Below are positions 22,801 through 33,411 of a stretch of 64,000 nt of DNA, one piece after another. How positions within the stretch are numbered: position 1 is the first letter of the stretch; every line of letters begins with the position of its first letter. The stretch is from NCBI GenBank assembly GCA_965649825.1, contig OZ287696.1:973101-1037100 (forward strand), given 5' to 3'. A model generated the notes under the pieces. That model saw nothing but the letters and a program-made list of their open reading frames with translations, made no database searches and was not told the DNA's origin. The DNA comes from Penicillus capitatus. Lineage: Eukaryota > Plantae > Chlorophyta. A program made the position numbers and the translations under genes.

Positions 22801-24735
22801 TCATGCATTTGTCCCTTCGTCCGAGGAATTCTCGTCAACACGCATTCCTCTCGTGATAAACCGTCTGCGTCGCAGAAAGCGTCTGAGTTCTGGATGGAAA
22901 TCTCTGACGATTGGCCGAACAGTGAGCGTGCGATCCGGCAGAGTCGCCACGATGGTATCCCCATCCTTCACTTCCAAATCTCGGCCATACTTTGTAAACA
23001 CCTTTCGCATCGATCTGAGCTTCAACTTTCTTCCCACCGTCAGATTGCAGCTGCGTTTCAGGATATAGACAAACCAATTAAGCTGCTGAAAATTGTCAGC
23101 CAGTGCATAGTACTCCAGCAATCCAATCGTCAGCCGATCGTAATACCGCACGATGTGCTCGACAGGCCAATGTGTAATGTAACCATTTCCAAAGGCTGTC
23201 CATGCGTTTCTTTTGGAAAACTTCACGAATTCATTCGCCAAGAAACACTCACGCAACTGAAGGGTTGGAATGTACAGCAGCGGGCGTAGCAGCAGTCTGC
23301 TTGTTTCGGCGATGGACGCCGGCATGTCAAAGGGAAGAAATTCGCGGCCGATCTCGTATCCAAGAAATGCTGCTCGATTCGAAGTGTCTCTGTGATTCGA
23401 GGCATGATGCACTTGGATACTTACGATCGTTGTATCCATTCGCATTCGTCGGAGTTGTGTGATGACGTCTGCCGCGACAGCGTTCGCTTCTGCCTCGTTG
23501 CCTCTGAGACCAATAAAGAATGACGCTCCACAACGGACAAAGCGCAGCATTCGTTCACTCGGCGGAGTAAAGGGTGCTGCGATTGGCCACTTGTGTGGTT
23601 TCTTGAAATCTGAGTAGGCATTTCGGTATATCTCCAGCCACTTGTCGAGGGTATCCAAGTAACAGTTGAGTAGGACAGGAGTGATGCCCATCTCTTTGGG
23701 TACAGCAACGAAGCTCTCAGGTTCAAGACCGAAGGTGCTGATGTACCCAATGTCAAGCACTTTGTACAGAAGCCGTTCGAAATGGGGATCCTGGATGCAT
23801 TGACAGGCAGCCTTTACCATTTCGAATCCTTTGAACTGCTGCAAGGCTACCGTCAAATCGACCACGATGTACCAGTCCATTCCAAGGATGTGGTTTCGGA
23901 GATTCCTCAGGGCGACTTGCCGACCACCTCCTGGACGAAACCCAAACGAAAAGCTGGAGAAACGCGGTTCGTAGATGGCATCCAACACCAATCGAATGCT
24001 GTCCAGCACGATCTCATCACGCGGAGACGGAATCGCATAGCGAACTTTCCTGCCGCTCGGTAATCGAAAAGATTGAAACTGTTCTGGCACGAAGGAAAAA
24101 TCTGGCGATCGAAGAAGTTTGCCCAGTTCGATGATCCATCTCTGATTGATGTCTTCTGTCTGAAGTCGACGTTGACGGGTCATGTACTTTGACAAACGGC
24201 TCACGCGTCGCTTTCTTTCCATGACACCACGAAAGAGGACAGACTCGTGCGCCAGCATACGCAGCAGGAAGTTGTTCGGCAGCTTGGGATGGTCTCTGTT
24301 CTTTCGAAAGAGGTCTTCCAACACAGGTACTCCGCAGAGAGGGGACGGAATCGATGCGTCGTCATCTGGCGCCGATGGCGTTGCGGAAATCGACGGGTGT
24401 TCGAATCGATCGAAGGGCGATACGGGCGCGGTCGATTGTGTGAGATGAAGATGGACAGCAAGGTTGTCGTGTCGCGGAAATTCCTGTAGCAAATCTTGCA
24501 ACTCATCGCCGAGAGTAGGCCCCTTGGCAAAGGCTTGTTTATGAAAAGCTGCGTCTCTCAGTACTGAGCGTAAACCGCACAGAAGTACAAGTTGACGTCG
24601 AGTGCTTCCAGATCGATGACGCAACATGAGAGGCCTTCGCCTACCGTAGAACGCGATTTGTGTCGTACATGTTAAAGGTATGCGTCGAAGAGACGTTTGT
24701 ACGGAACTGCACGCAAGAGGAGCCATCGTCCCCAT
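22801..24735 (-). CDS. Nuclear-encoded group II intron maturase-like protein (degenerate RT plus domain X, no endonuclease domain) with putative organellar targeting peptide
   Basis: Single 644-aa ORF with RT motifs YAIPSPRDEIV, IYEPRFSSFSFGFRPG, ITPVLLNCYLDTLD, FVRCGASFFIG (YADD lost) and FLGY. Domain X reads YYALADNFQQLNWFVYILKRSCNLTVGRKLKLRSMRKVFTKYG. The first 60 aa contain no D/E. Confidence 0.9.
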   Translation of the reverse strand: MGTMAPLACSSVQTSLRRIPLTCTTQIAFYGRRRPLMLRHRSGSTRRQLVLLCGLRSVLRDAAFHKQAFAKGPTLGDELQDLLQEFPRHDNLAVHLHLTQSTAPVSPFDRFEHPSISATPSAPDDDASIPSPLCGVPVLEDLFRKNRDHPKLPNNFLLRMLAHESVLFRGVMERKRRVSRLSKYMTRQRRLQTEDINQRWIIELGKLLRSPDFSFVPEQFQSFRLPSGRKVRYAIPSPRDEIVLDSIRLVLDAIYEPRFSSFSFGFRPGGGRQVALRNLRNHILGMDWYIVVDLTVALQQFKGFEMVKAACQCIQDPHFERLLYKVLDIGYISTFGLEPESFVAVPKEMGITPVLLNCYLDTLDKWLEIYRNAYSDFKKPHKWPIAAPFTPPSERMLRFVRCGASFFIGLRGNEAEANAVAADVITQLRRMRMDTTIVSIQVHHASNHRDTSNRAAFLGYEIGREFLPFDMPASIAETSRLLLRPLLYIPTLQLRECFLANEFVKFSKRNAWTAFGNGYITHWPVEHIVRYYDRLTIGLLEYYALADNFQQLNWFVYILKRSCNLTVGRKLKLRSMRKVFTKYGRDLEVKDGDTIVATLPDRTLTVRPIVRDFHPELRRFLRRRRFITRGMRVDENSSDEGTNA

Positions 24736-24989
24736 GCCAATTCCATCAGACGATATTCGAATTCTGTGATGCCTTGAGTGTCGTCGATGTTACATTTGGC
24801 GTCAGACAGACCGCATGTCGATCATGATCGATCGAGACTTTGTTCTTTTTCATCCGACGCTACGCCTCGGACAAAAAATGACGTTCGAAGATAGAGCAAG
24901 CATGATTTGACAGATGGGATGCCTTCATCGAGGTGGCGAAGAGTGCATCAGGGTGTTTTGAGCGAAGCCTTTTCTGATGCGTAATGTCC

Positions 24990-25472
24990 GAATGGAAACA
25001 ACACTTTGGACGGAGCTCTGTCAAGTGACGGACAGATTGGAGAGATTCCGGAATTGGGGAGTACCGCAGATCACTGGGAGTGTCTCGAACAACACCAGCT
25101 GAATGTCTTTCATCCTAACACGCTTTTCGGAGAATGCGATTCGCTCATCTTCATACCTGACGAAAATGGACTTCTGGGCAAACGATTGCGGTAAATCTGA
25201 TAGACGTGTTGGATGAAGAGGCTAAAGAACCGCATGCCCAACTATGTATACTGAGAGACGTCGTCGCGGCTTTAGTGTTACCGAAACCTTTTTCTGGTAT
25301 CCACGGCACACTCGATCTTGGGGTGCTTTCCCCGACGGCTATTCTCTTTTCGAGGAGAGATTGTGATTGGACATTAGAAAGGCTGCGACAGATGCAGACG
25401 TCGCTGACGTCCGTTGGAATGAACATACCTGTCGTTGCGGTTCGAGATGAGGTTCCTCAGATGACGAAACAT
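24990..25472 (-). CDS. Possible small unknown spliced gene
   Basis: ATG at 25472 (MFRHLRNLISNRND), followed by a clean GTATGT...CGCAG intron into ORF 25151-25426. The downstream structure and 3' end are unresolved. Confidence 0.2.
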
Positions 25473-25642
25473 TGACAGAAATCACACAAAAAGATGTTTA
25501 AAAGCCCCGTCTATCCATGACAGACGAAGCTTAAAATCGAATGTCTTCCAAAAAGGATGTCAAAATCGAGATCAAGCACAGGACATCATGGGATCTGCCA
25601 GCTACGCCTCTCTCGACGCTCGAATCGATCCTGTTCTCCATT

Positions 25643-26229
25643 TCAACCTCTGCCGAAGAATGACCACTTCTTCTGAGCAGGTTGCTTCGCAACGGGTTGT
25701 TTCACAGGAGGCTTCTTTGCAACGGGTTGTTTCACAGGAGGCTTCTTTGCAACGGGTTGTTTCACAGGAGGCTTCTTCGCAAAAAGAGGTTTCTTCGGAG
25801 GTGCTTTTCTGCCAACCGGCCTTGGAGCCGATCTTGGAGTGGCGGGTGCTGCTTTCCCGTCTTGCATCTTGGCAAGCTGCCGACTCGCTGGACCCGTGAT
25901 ATTGAACAGCACCCAGGCAATAGCAGGAACAAATAGAAACAGGACTGCTCCTAAACGTGTGTCTCCAGCTGCTATTGTCGCGAATTCTTGAGCGGCCTCG
26001 ACGGGCTGCGATGCTAATAGTGTCGATGAGACGGCAAGTCCGGCAATAGCCAACGGCGCCTACATAACGCACAGGTCTCACCACTTCACGGATCAAACCC
26101 GCACACATCAACGCCGGCTTCATTTTTGTGGTTTTGGATCCGCAGGGTATCTCGAACGCGGAGTGGCGTCAAACATGGGGCCGTTCTCAACGAGGTGCCA
26201 AACACGGATCTCTGCGTCACAGCCTTCAT
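25643..26229 (-). CDS. psbY: Photosystem II subunit PsbY precursor with Lys/Pro-rich C-terminal tail
   Basis: Transit peptide MKAVTQRSVFGTSLRTAP..., one 47-bp intron, a thylakoid signal ending VEA, and the PsbY core DTRLGAVLFLFVPAIAWVLFNITGPASRQLAKM. Confidence 0.85.
25684..25780. repeat. 30-bp coding tandem repeat x3 (KKPPVKQPVA) in PsbY
   Basis: gcttc(tt)tgcaacgggttgtttcacaggag repeated three times, nearly perfectly. Confidence 0.9.
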
Positions 26230-26843
26230 TTTCGATGTCTTGATACGAGCTCAAATCGAACGTGGCTAGACGAGAAAGCGACAGCGTTCGTTTCGCAGAT
26301 CCAGATCGACCCGTTAACGGATCATTATGTCCATTGACGAGATGTCACCGTCTCATGGACTAGAACCTGTTTAGCGCCCATTCTCTGCAGATTCCTGTAT
26401 TTCTATCGTCCTGCATACGTTTCATGCTAGATGTTAGAGATACGTGTCGATTTCTCACTGACCGTTATGTGAGAAGTGTGATGTGTTGCACGGATTGGAA
26501 TGCCGTGGAGAGATCAGGACGGTTTTGTCAGGTACGCTATCGCGGCGGCGTCGAATTTCGTAGAGTCTCTCCAATCGTCGATGTACCGTTGTCGAGTGCC
26601 CGTCTTGCGCTAAATGCTCTCAATCTGAGTCCACAGGCGTGTGGTCTATTACAAGATTGACATTATTGTCGCACGTGTGCTTGTCTGGCTCCAATTCTCT
26701 GCCTGAGGCCGAAGCAGTATTCGACGCCAGTCCCTCCGAAGCGACGGACGCGTGCACCTTCCGAACGGAAGAGGTATCCGCGGCGTACGATACAAACACC
26801 TCGCCCTAGACGACGCGAGATGCGTTATCGGTTAAACGCCGCG

Positions 26844-29618
26844 ATGGAAGGACCCTTAACGGACAGGCGACCGAATTCTTAGTGTATCGAACGTCCATGT
26901 GTGATGCAGTGGGCATTGGAGTGTCGGAGAGATGCCTCGTCACGATAGCCGTGGAACAAAAAAGCGAAAGCTGAAACGAGGCGGCGCTCGTTGCGGTAGG
27001 CGCCACGTCGGATGTGTTTTCTTGAGGAATCGAATGTCTAGGCGACGCTCTAAAACAACGCCTCGAGCAGCTGCGCACCGTTCCTTCCGAAAAGCACGTG
27101 GTCGGGCAGCGTGTCTGGGTGAAAGTGACATCCTACTGTGACTGGCCTGGAATTATTTGGAGCATTGACCTATGTCTAAAGAAGATCGTGCCTGAGCTCA
27201 TCAACTCCTACACACAAGGCATGGAATCGGTACATCGCTGATGATCGCATGATGGATGTGGTCATCTGTAGGGAGCATTCTAGTGAGGTTCTATGGGGAT
27301 CAAAGTAGTATGTTTTGCAAGAAATCCACGATCAAATTGATCGAGGATGAATACGAGCGACGTTACCGGGCATTGAAGTATTGGGGAAAGCAGGACAAGA
27401 AGCGTGATCAGAAGGCGACATGGGCACTGGAGGACCTCGATACTTCTTTGGCTGACTGTGAGGCCGAGGTCCAGAGAATGCTTCAGCTGCAGACCCACGT
27501 TCTGGGAAACAAGAGCGGCGATTGTATCCTCTGTGCTCTCTGTGAAGAGGACGGTGCTCAGATGAAGTGCAGAGTCTGTGAACGCTATCTCCATCCGCTG
27601 TGTTTGACACCTGCTGCCCTGACGCCAGATGACATTCCTGACGGCGGCCAATGGTTATGTCCCTCGTGTGGAGAAGAAAACCACGTAAGCACGAATGTCT
27701 ATGCATAACATACAAGACATGGCTTTCTCAGGTGCATCGGGATCCGGCAGATGTCGAAGAGGAAAAGATCGAGAGAATGGGGTTGACACCGGACTGGATC
27801 ATTCATGCAGGAGCTTTTCGCGTGTTTCAGCTCCAGGAACCTACACCCGACTTTCCTTACATCCGTGGACTCCTTGACCCATGCACCAACAGCAAGATTG
27901 CTCCCAATATTCCTGCAGAACGTTTGTTTGATAAGAACGATGATGGATTGAAGCTTTCCAATAAATGGAATGGTTACCACATTGTTCTCAACCCAGACTT
28001 CAAGGCTCATGTACTCGACGCTCTTTTTCGTTGTTCTGGTCTGTGAGTGCTGTGTGTGGATGTAGATCCAATGGAGATTTGTGAATCGAGCCATCGATGA
28101 AGTGGAGAATGATTCTGTGCCAGGTGTCCTGCTCATCTGTCGCAATTCGACGGACACCGCGTATTTTCAACGATTGATGCCCTATCCGAGAGTTCTCCTA
28201 CGCCGGAACAGCATTCGATTCAAGGACTATGACAAAACCCCAATCGGATTTGGGATTGTGGTGTTTTGCATTATTAAGCATGACTACCACACAGTAACGA
28301 AGAGATTCATGGAGAATTTTGCACCCTTCGGTGAACCCAATATCGTTATTGACAAGTGTAAGCGCATGCATGTATGATGTGACAGATGATGATGATCTCT
28401 ATGTATGCATCATAGCGTGGTTGCTGAGTGCATCCTTTGAGTCTCTGTTAAGCCGGCTGTATCAGTACGCAAATAGACACCATCGTGATCACTGGATACA
28501 ATGCTGTCAGTGCGAAAAGTGGAGAATCGTGTCGTACGAGGCTCTTCTCAATGCAAAAAACATGAACTGGGAATGCAAAGATCTCAAGTGCGATTCTGTC
28601 ATTGCGTTTTTCTGTGTGTATGACGCGTGGGTGGATGTACAGTCCACCGTACTCAAGCTGTGCCACCATCCAGACGAAGGCAGAATTGCATGGGGCGCGC
28701 TACGCTGTGTTATCAGAGGATAAAGGTTTCTTCGATGAGGCGCTGCCGGCAACATCACCCCATCAGTTTCAACCGGAGGGCTGCTCGGCAGACAGTCCTA
28801 TGGACGAACTGCCGCCCGTTCTGTCTCGGCTCCTTCAGACGCATGCCATTACTGGAATGGATACGGCCGGACAGAATTCTCAATGGCAGGCTTGTTCATA
28901 TACGCTGTCTGTCTCCGAAGGCATTCTTCCCGAAGGGAATGGCAAGATGCCGACAAAGCATCAGCTCAAAGCACTCAGTAATGTACTGACATCCAAGATC
29001 ACACAGTGTGCCCCCAATGTGAGACTGCCAAAGGAGGGATTCGTTATCAAGGCAGTGCTCGTGGACAGCGTCACATACAATACTGTCCTGCGCTGGATAC
29101 AACATCTGACAGTGCATTCTCCCATCAAGAATACAACACCCGTCAAGCGTTCGCTAGAGCACAGCCCCAATCACGGAATCCCCAAAAAAGCGAAACTCTT
29201 GTCCAGTAGTAGCCTTCGCAAGAAGATCAAGGCTCAGAATGGCGGTCAAGTCAAGTCTAGTCTAGAATTGGAGCGCGAGCTGAACAAGGCAGCGCATCGC
29301 CGAATGATGGATTATATGTGTTTAGAGTCTGGTCACAAGGAGAGCCTTTCGATGCAGAAGGCGGTGGCCCTTCAGGAAGCAGAGGGCGTGTTGGAAATGG
29401 CACGCGAACAGTTGAAGAACAAATGCTTGGATGAAGAACGCGTCATCGGCGAGAGAATAAAACTGGATACAGAACTCATGAAAAAGCGTCGTACATCCGA
29501 TGAAGAATACCTTCATGTAGAAGACACTCTAAGATCACTTCAATCTCAATTAGAACAGGTTCATGGAAGACAATCTTCCTCCATGCCATCAAACCTGGAG
29601 GCTGCGCAAGTTTCCTAA
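26844..29618 (+). CDS. Chromatin-reader-fused DNA N6-adenine methyltransferase (PWWP + PHD + phage-type Dam + zf-CW + coiled coil), start uncertain
   Basis: PWWP: RVWVKVTSYCDWPGII...VRFYGD. PHD: CALC...CRVCERYLHPLC...WLCPSC. Dam: LTPDWI...LDPC...DDGLKLSNKWNG...VLNPDF...RAIDE...LLICRNSTDTAYFQ. CW: WIQCCQCEKWR...WEC. Confidence 0.8.
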
Positions 29619-29639
29619 ATTCTTTGCCTCGCTGGGGGT

Positions 29640-30025
29640 TTAAGGATTATGAGAGCTCCAAAGAGCAGACTGTGTAGAAATTTTTGCTACGACTATTAGA
29701 ACGCATTTCTCCGCATTCATGTGCAATATCGTCGATCTCAATTGCCGTGTGTAGGGTGGTGATGTATGTGTCTTCAGTTCTTGAAATTCTGCTCTACCGC
29801 CCGTGCCACTATTGCACACACAGCTTACCCAAAAGATAGCCTCTGCACACGTCTGGACGGACGATGCCTTCCTCTCCGCGATATTGGAATGGCTGGACTC
29901 GAACAGGAAGATAGCAAAGGGCATACATATGCAACTGCTCTATCTGTGGAATTCAGTATCTTCTCCAACAGTCTAGCGTTTTCGTCACGAATTTCAAGGC
30001 AGCAAGGAGGAGCGGGGAAGCTCAT
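29640..30025 (-). CDS. Small spliced protein, weakly TFIIS-central-domain-like
   Basis: Intron-like segments join MSFPAPPCC... to AEAIFW...PYTRQLRSTILHM. The family call is weak. Confidence 0.2.
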
Positions 30026-30121
30026 GTTGGGTCATCGTCGTCTCTCGATCGACCGATCGATTGAATCGTCGGAAGCAAAACGGACGATTCTTACAATTGC
30101 TGCATCGCCACAGCTATCTGT

Positions 30122-31205
30122 TTACGCTCTCAATTTCGCCAGACTGATTCTCAGTGCTGGACCCATTGTCGAACAGAGGTAACACGTCTTCCAATAACCC
30201 CCCTTTGCACCAGTTGGCCTGTTAGCATCGATCGACACCTGCAGTCAACCTCAATCCTCAGCACTGACCAATGCTCCATACAACAATCCAACCTGAACGG
30301 CCTTGAGATTCTCGTAGATATCTTTAGCGCCAAAAGAAGCTTTGCCAATCGGAATGTGCAGGTTCCCATGCTTATCCAATCTGTACTCCACTTTCCCTCC
30401 CTTGAAATCTTTGATGGTCTAGAAACAGGATCTCGGAGTGGCACGACGTGAACGAGGGCGCATTGCATTGGCGAGATCTGTTGTCACAGTACCAGCTTTT
30501 GGATTGGGCATCAATCCCCTTGGACCCAGCACACGACCCAACTTCGCCACCTTGGGCATCATGTCTGGCGTGGCAATGGCCTTGTCAAAATCTATGAATC
30601 CTTCAGCGATCTCCGAAATCAATAGCTCTCCGCCAACAATATCCGCTCCGGCATCTTTGGCCTCCTGTTCCTTATCGCCAGGGCACAGAACAGCAATCCG
30701 CAGTTCCTTCCCTGTCCCCTTGGGCAAAGTGACTGCACGATCATGCCTCTGCAACATGGACGGATTGAGGAGACGTCTGACCTGTGGCTCTGAGTTGCTG
30801 ATCGGCGTAACGCGGATCCAAGTTCGTTTTGCCATGAAGCTCCACGGTCTCATCGAACTTCGCCGATGCCATCTCTTTGAGTGCATCGATCGCCTCGATG
30901 GGCGATAACTCTCCTGTCGGTTTGTTATTATCGAGTCCTTTGAATCGCCGCGATCGTTTCTTTGGGGACACGGCGACAGCGGGTTGCGATTTCTTGCGAG
31001 GGACGACGCTATCTGCGACGCCCGCCCCTTCCCCTTCGATCGAATCTTCAGCCGCTTCCGTCGCTGCCGCGTACACTCTCCATTGCCTCGGTCGCGTGGA
31101 TACCCATATCGCGTTACTTCGCACTGCCCGTCCGACAGAGCGTGTTGTCAGCGGTCGATGGCAGGGCGCGACGGAAACGCATGCGAGGCGAGCGCTGCGC
31201 GTCAT
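30122..31205 (-). CDS. rpl1: Plastid 50S ribosomal protein L1
   Basis: Transit peptide, KFDETVELH...[38 protein letters not shown] and STMGP. Three introns, one of them GC-AG. Confidence 0.95.
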
Positions 31206-31300
31206 CGTAATATTGATGATGATGATGGCGATGTTCATCCATCCAATCAACGCAATACGATTCCGTCCCATTCAACAACACCATTCCCGTCTGATCTCTG

Positions 31301-31893
31301 TCAATAGCGGCCGGCCCACAGTCCCTCCTCGCGCAACTCTTCCCAACGCTCGATCTGCGATTGCCGATAGACACCATCATCAAAAAGGGAAAGCGAAATG
31401 GAGCGACGGACCCATTCATCTGGACAAATGGATTCGTAACAGCGTTTGTAGAAGATGCATTCTTCACTGTCCTCGTCTTTCTCCAACTTGCATCTGCACA
31501 GGAGCACGAGCCAAGGTGAGATGACAGGTCGTCGCGGATCGATCGACTTGTAGAATTCGTTGTAACGTGTGTAACAAGTTCTGGCTTGGTTCACTGAACG
31601 AAAGCGCGGATCGATCGGAGGCGACCAGAACTGCAAAGCGGAATACGCGAATGTCGATCGAGCACACGTCACGATTGGCAACGACTTTTGGTTTCTTTGG
31701 ATAAGTGCGTGGAGTTTCCGCTGCCTCGGCTTCGGTTTCGACCTCGGCCTCCTGCACCGGGTTCTCTGCTGTCTCGGGGGTCGAATCCGTCGGCGGCTCC
31801 TAAACGCGGAAACCTTGTCGTGTGTCGCGTCACGTGTGCAGTGAGCGAAACCGCGACGGCGGTCGTATCACAGTGAGAGAGCGTGCTTCCCAT
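31301..31893 (-). CDS. COX6B: Cytochrome c oxidase subunit 6b, start uncertain
   Basis: PIDPRF..VNQARTCYTRYNEF.KC...EC...Y.SICPDEW.ERWEELREEG.WAG (twin CX9C-type motif). Confidence 0.9.
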
Positions 31894-31909
31894 CGTCAAC
31901 AATCGAGAA

Positions 31910-32798
31910 ATGCTCGTCATTCTGCGGCATCGTGGCGTAAATGACGACGACCTTGTGCATTGCCAGAGCGCCGAATGCGAATCCTCTGCACGTCGATTCC
32001 TCAAGGCGCGCCAATCGATCGGTAACTTGCGCTGCGATACCAGGTCCTGTAGACAGCACGGCCTCGCTGCGACACCGATGCGTTGCTCTGTAGAAAGCGA
32101 TGTGAAGGTTAAAGTGGGACGTGGTCCTCGCAACAGTCGATTCGTTTTTGCCAGTTTGGACGTCCGAGCGCCAATCGAAGTTCTCTGGACGAGTCTGACA
32201 GACTATGATCACCTGGACGAGTTCATTCCGAGTCTAGCTGAGAACGAATGTCTACAACGCAGACCCACAGGAGCCATTCTGCGTCAAGCACAGCTCCTCT
32301 CTGTATATATCCCTGTCCTCTGATCATCGCCTCTCTGTAGGTCGGACAACAGAACATCGCTCTGGGTGTCAAGTTCTGTGCTTCCGTCGTGCTGAAGATC
32401 GGTGAACATTTTGAAGGACTGAGCCGTGATCTGTGCTGGTCGGCGGCAAACGGAGTGGAATGGGATGAAGAGCGATGGTTTCCAGTTCCTGGACGCATCG
32501 AAGGTCCAGCACCTCGAGATATCACCTTTGAGTTGATTCGGGGCGATTTTCAGGTATGCGTCCAAGTTTGGATCACGTCTTGGGTAGTGCGTGCCATGGG
32601 GTATAGGCATTCAAGGGACTTTGGAGAATGCAGGAAGATGCACGGCGACCAGACATGTCCAAGTTGTCTTACAGTGTCTTTATTCGGCCTCAGTTATGGC
32701 TTCCAGTTGGACTGATTCAGGGACGTATCTCTACAGAAGCTAAGAACAATCTAAAAGCTGTGAAACGACACGCTGAACGAAACGCTGTAGTTTTATAA
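31910..32798 (+). CDS. START/polyketide-cyclase-like (SRPBCC) protein, likely plastid-targeted
   Basis: APIEVLWTSLTDYDHLDEFIPSL, QVGQQNIALG.KF, GDFQAFKGLWRM and LWLPVGLIQGRI. One GC-AG intron. Confidence 0.8.
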
Positions 32799-33411
32799 GC
32801 TAATAAAAAAACAGTGTCAACAACAGACAGACACAGCTGTAAACAGAGTCTCCGTGTGGAGTGTCTCGAATGATGGCGGTCCATTTGTGATCAAAGGTTC
32901 AGGAATGTAGTAGCATCGGAATGAGCAGGGAGGAAGAGATGGACTCTCGTTAGTTTGAAGAGCCTTTGCGTCTCTTGTAGTTAATTTAAGATTAGGTACA
33001 GATCGACAAACTGGATGTCTCACGGAATCAAATCGTCTCTTTCATTGAGTGACCTTGATTGAATCAGAGCAAATGCACTTAACTCTTTCATAGAGAATTG
33101 TCTGTATAAACAAGCAAATCCAGCATCGCCATAATTCAGGATGAACACACAAGAGACAGACGACTCACAGCACAAAACCAGAAACCGTTTGGGCACTTGT
33201 GTACCGCTCGGTGGTACTACATAGGCCGCTCAAAAGAATGATCACCCTACGAGAAAGATAATCGAGCAGGAACTCACAGTCTTTGCGATCATGCAGCTGA
33301 TGAGGCCGTATGTCGTCTTGTGACCCCAGCCCCGACTAATACCAGTTACCTACATCCATCATCACCACCGCCATCAACCACATTCCTGTCATGTCTTCAG
33401 GGCGTCGGTGC

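Noticed and set aside
28640-28660. NPPY created by splicing in the Dam-like gene
   Set aside because: It lies inside the zf-CW domain between its last cysteines. The positional motif IV of the MTase is NPDF.
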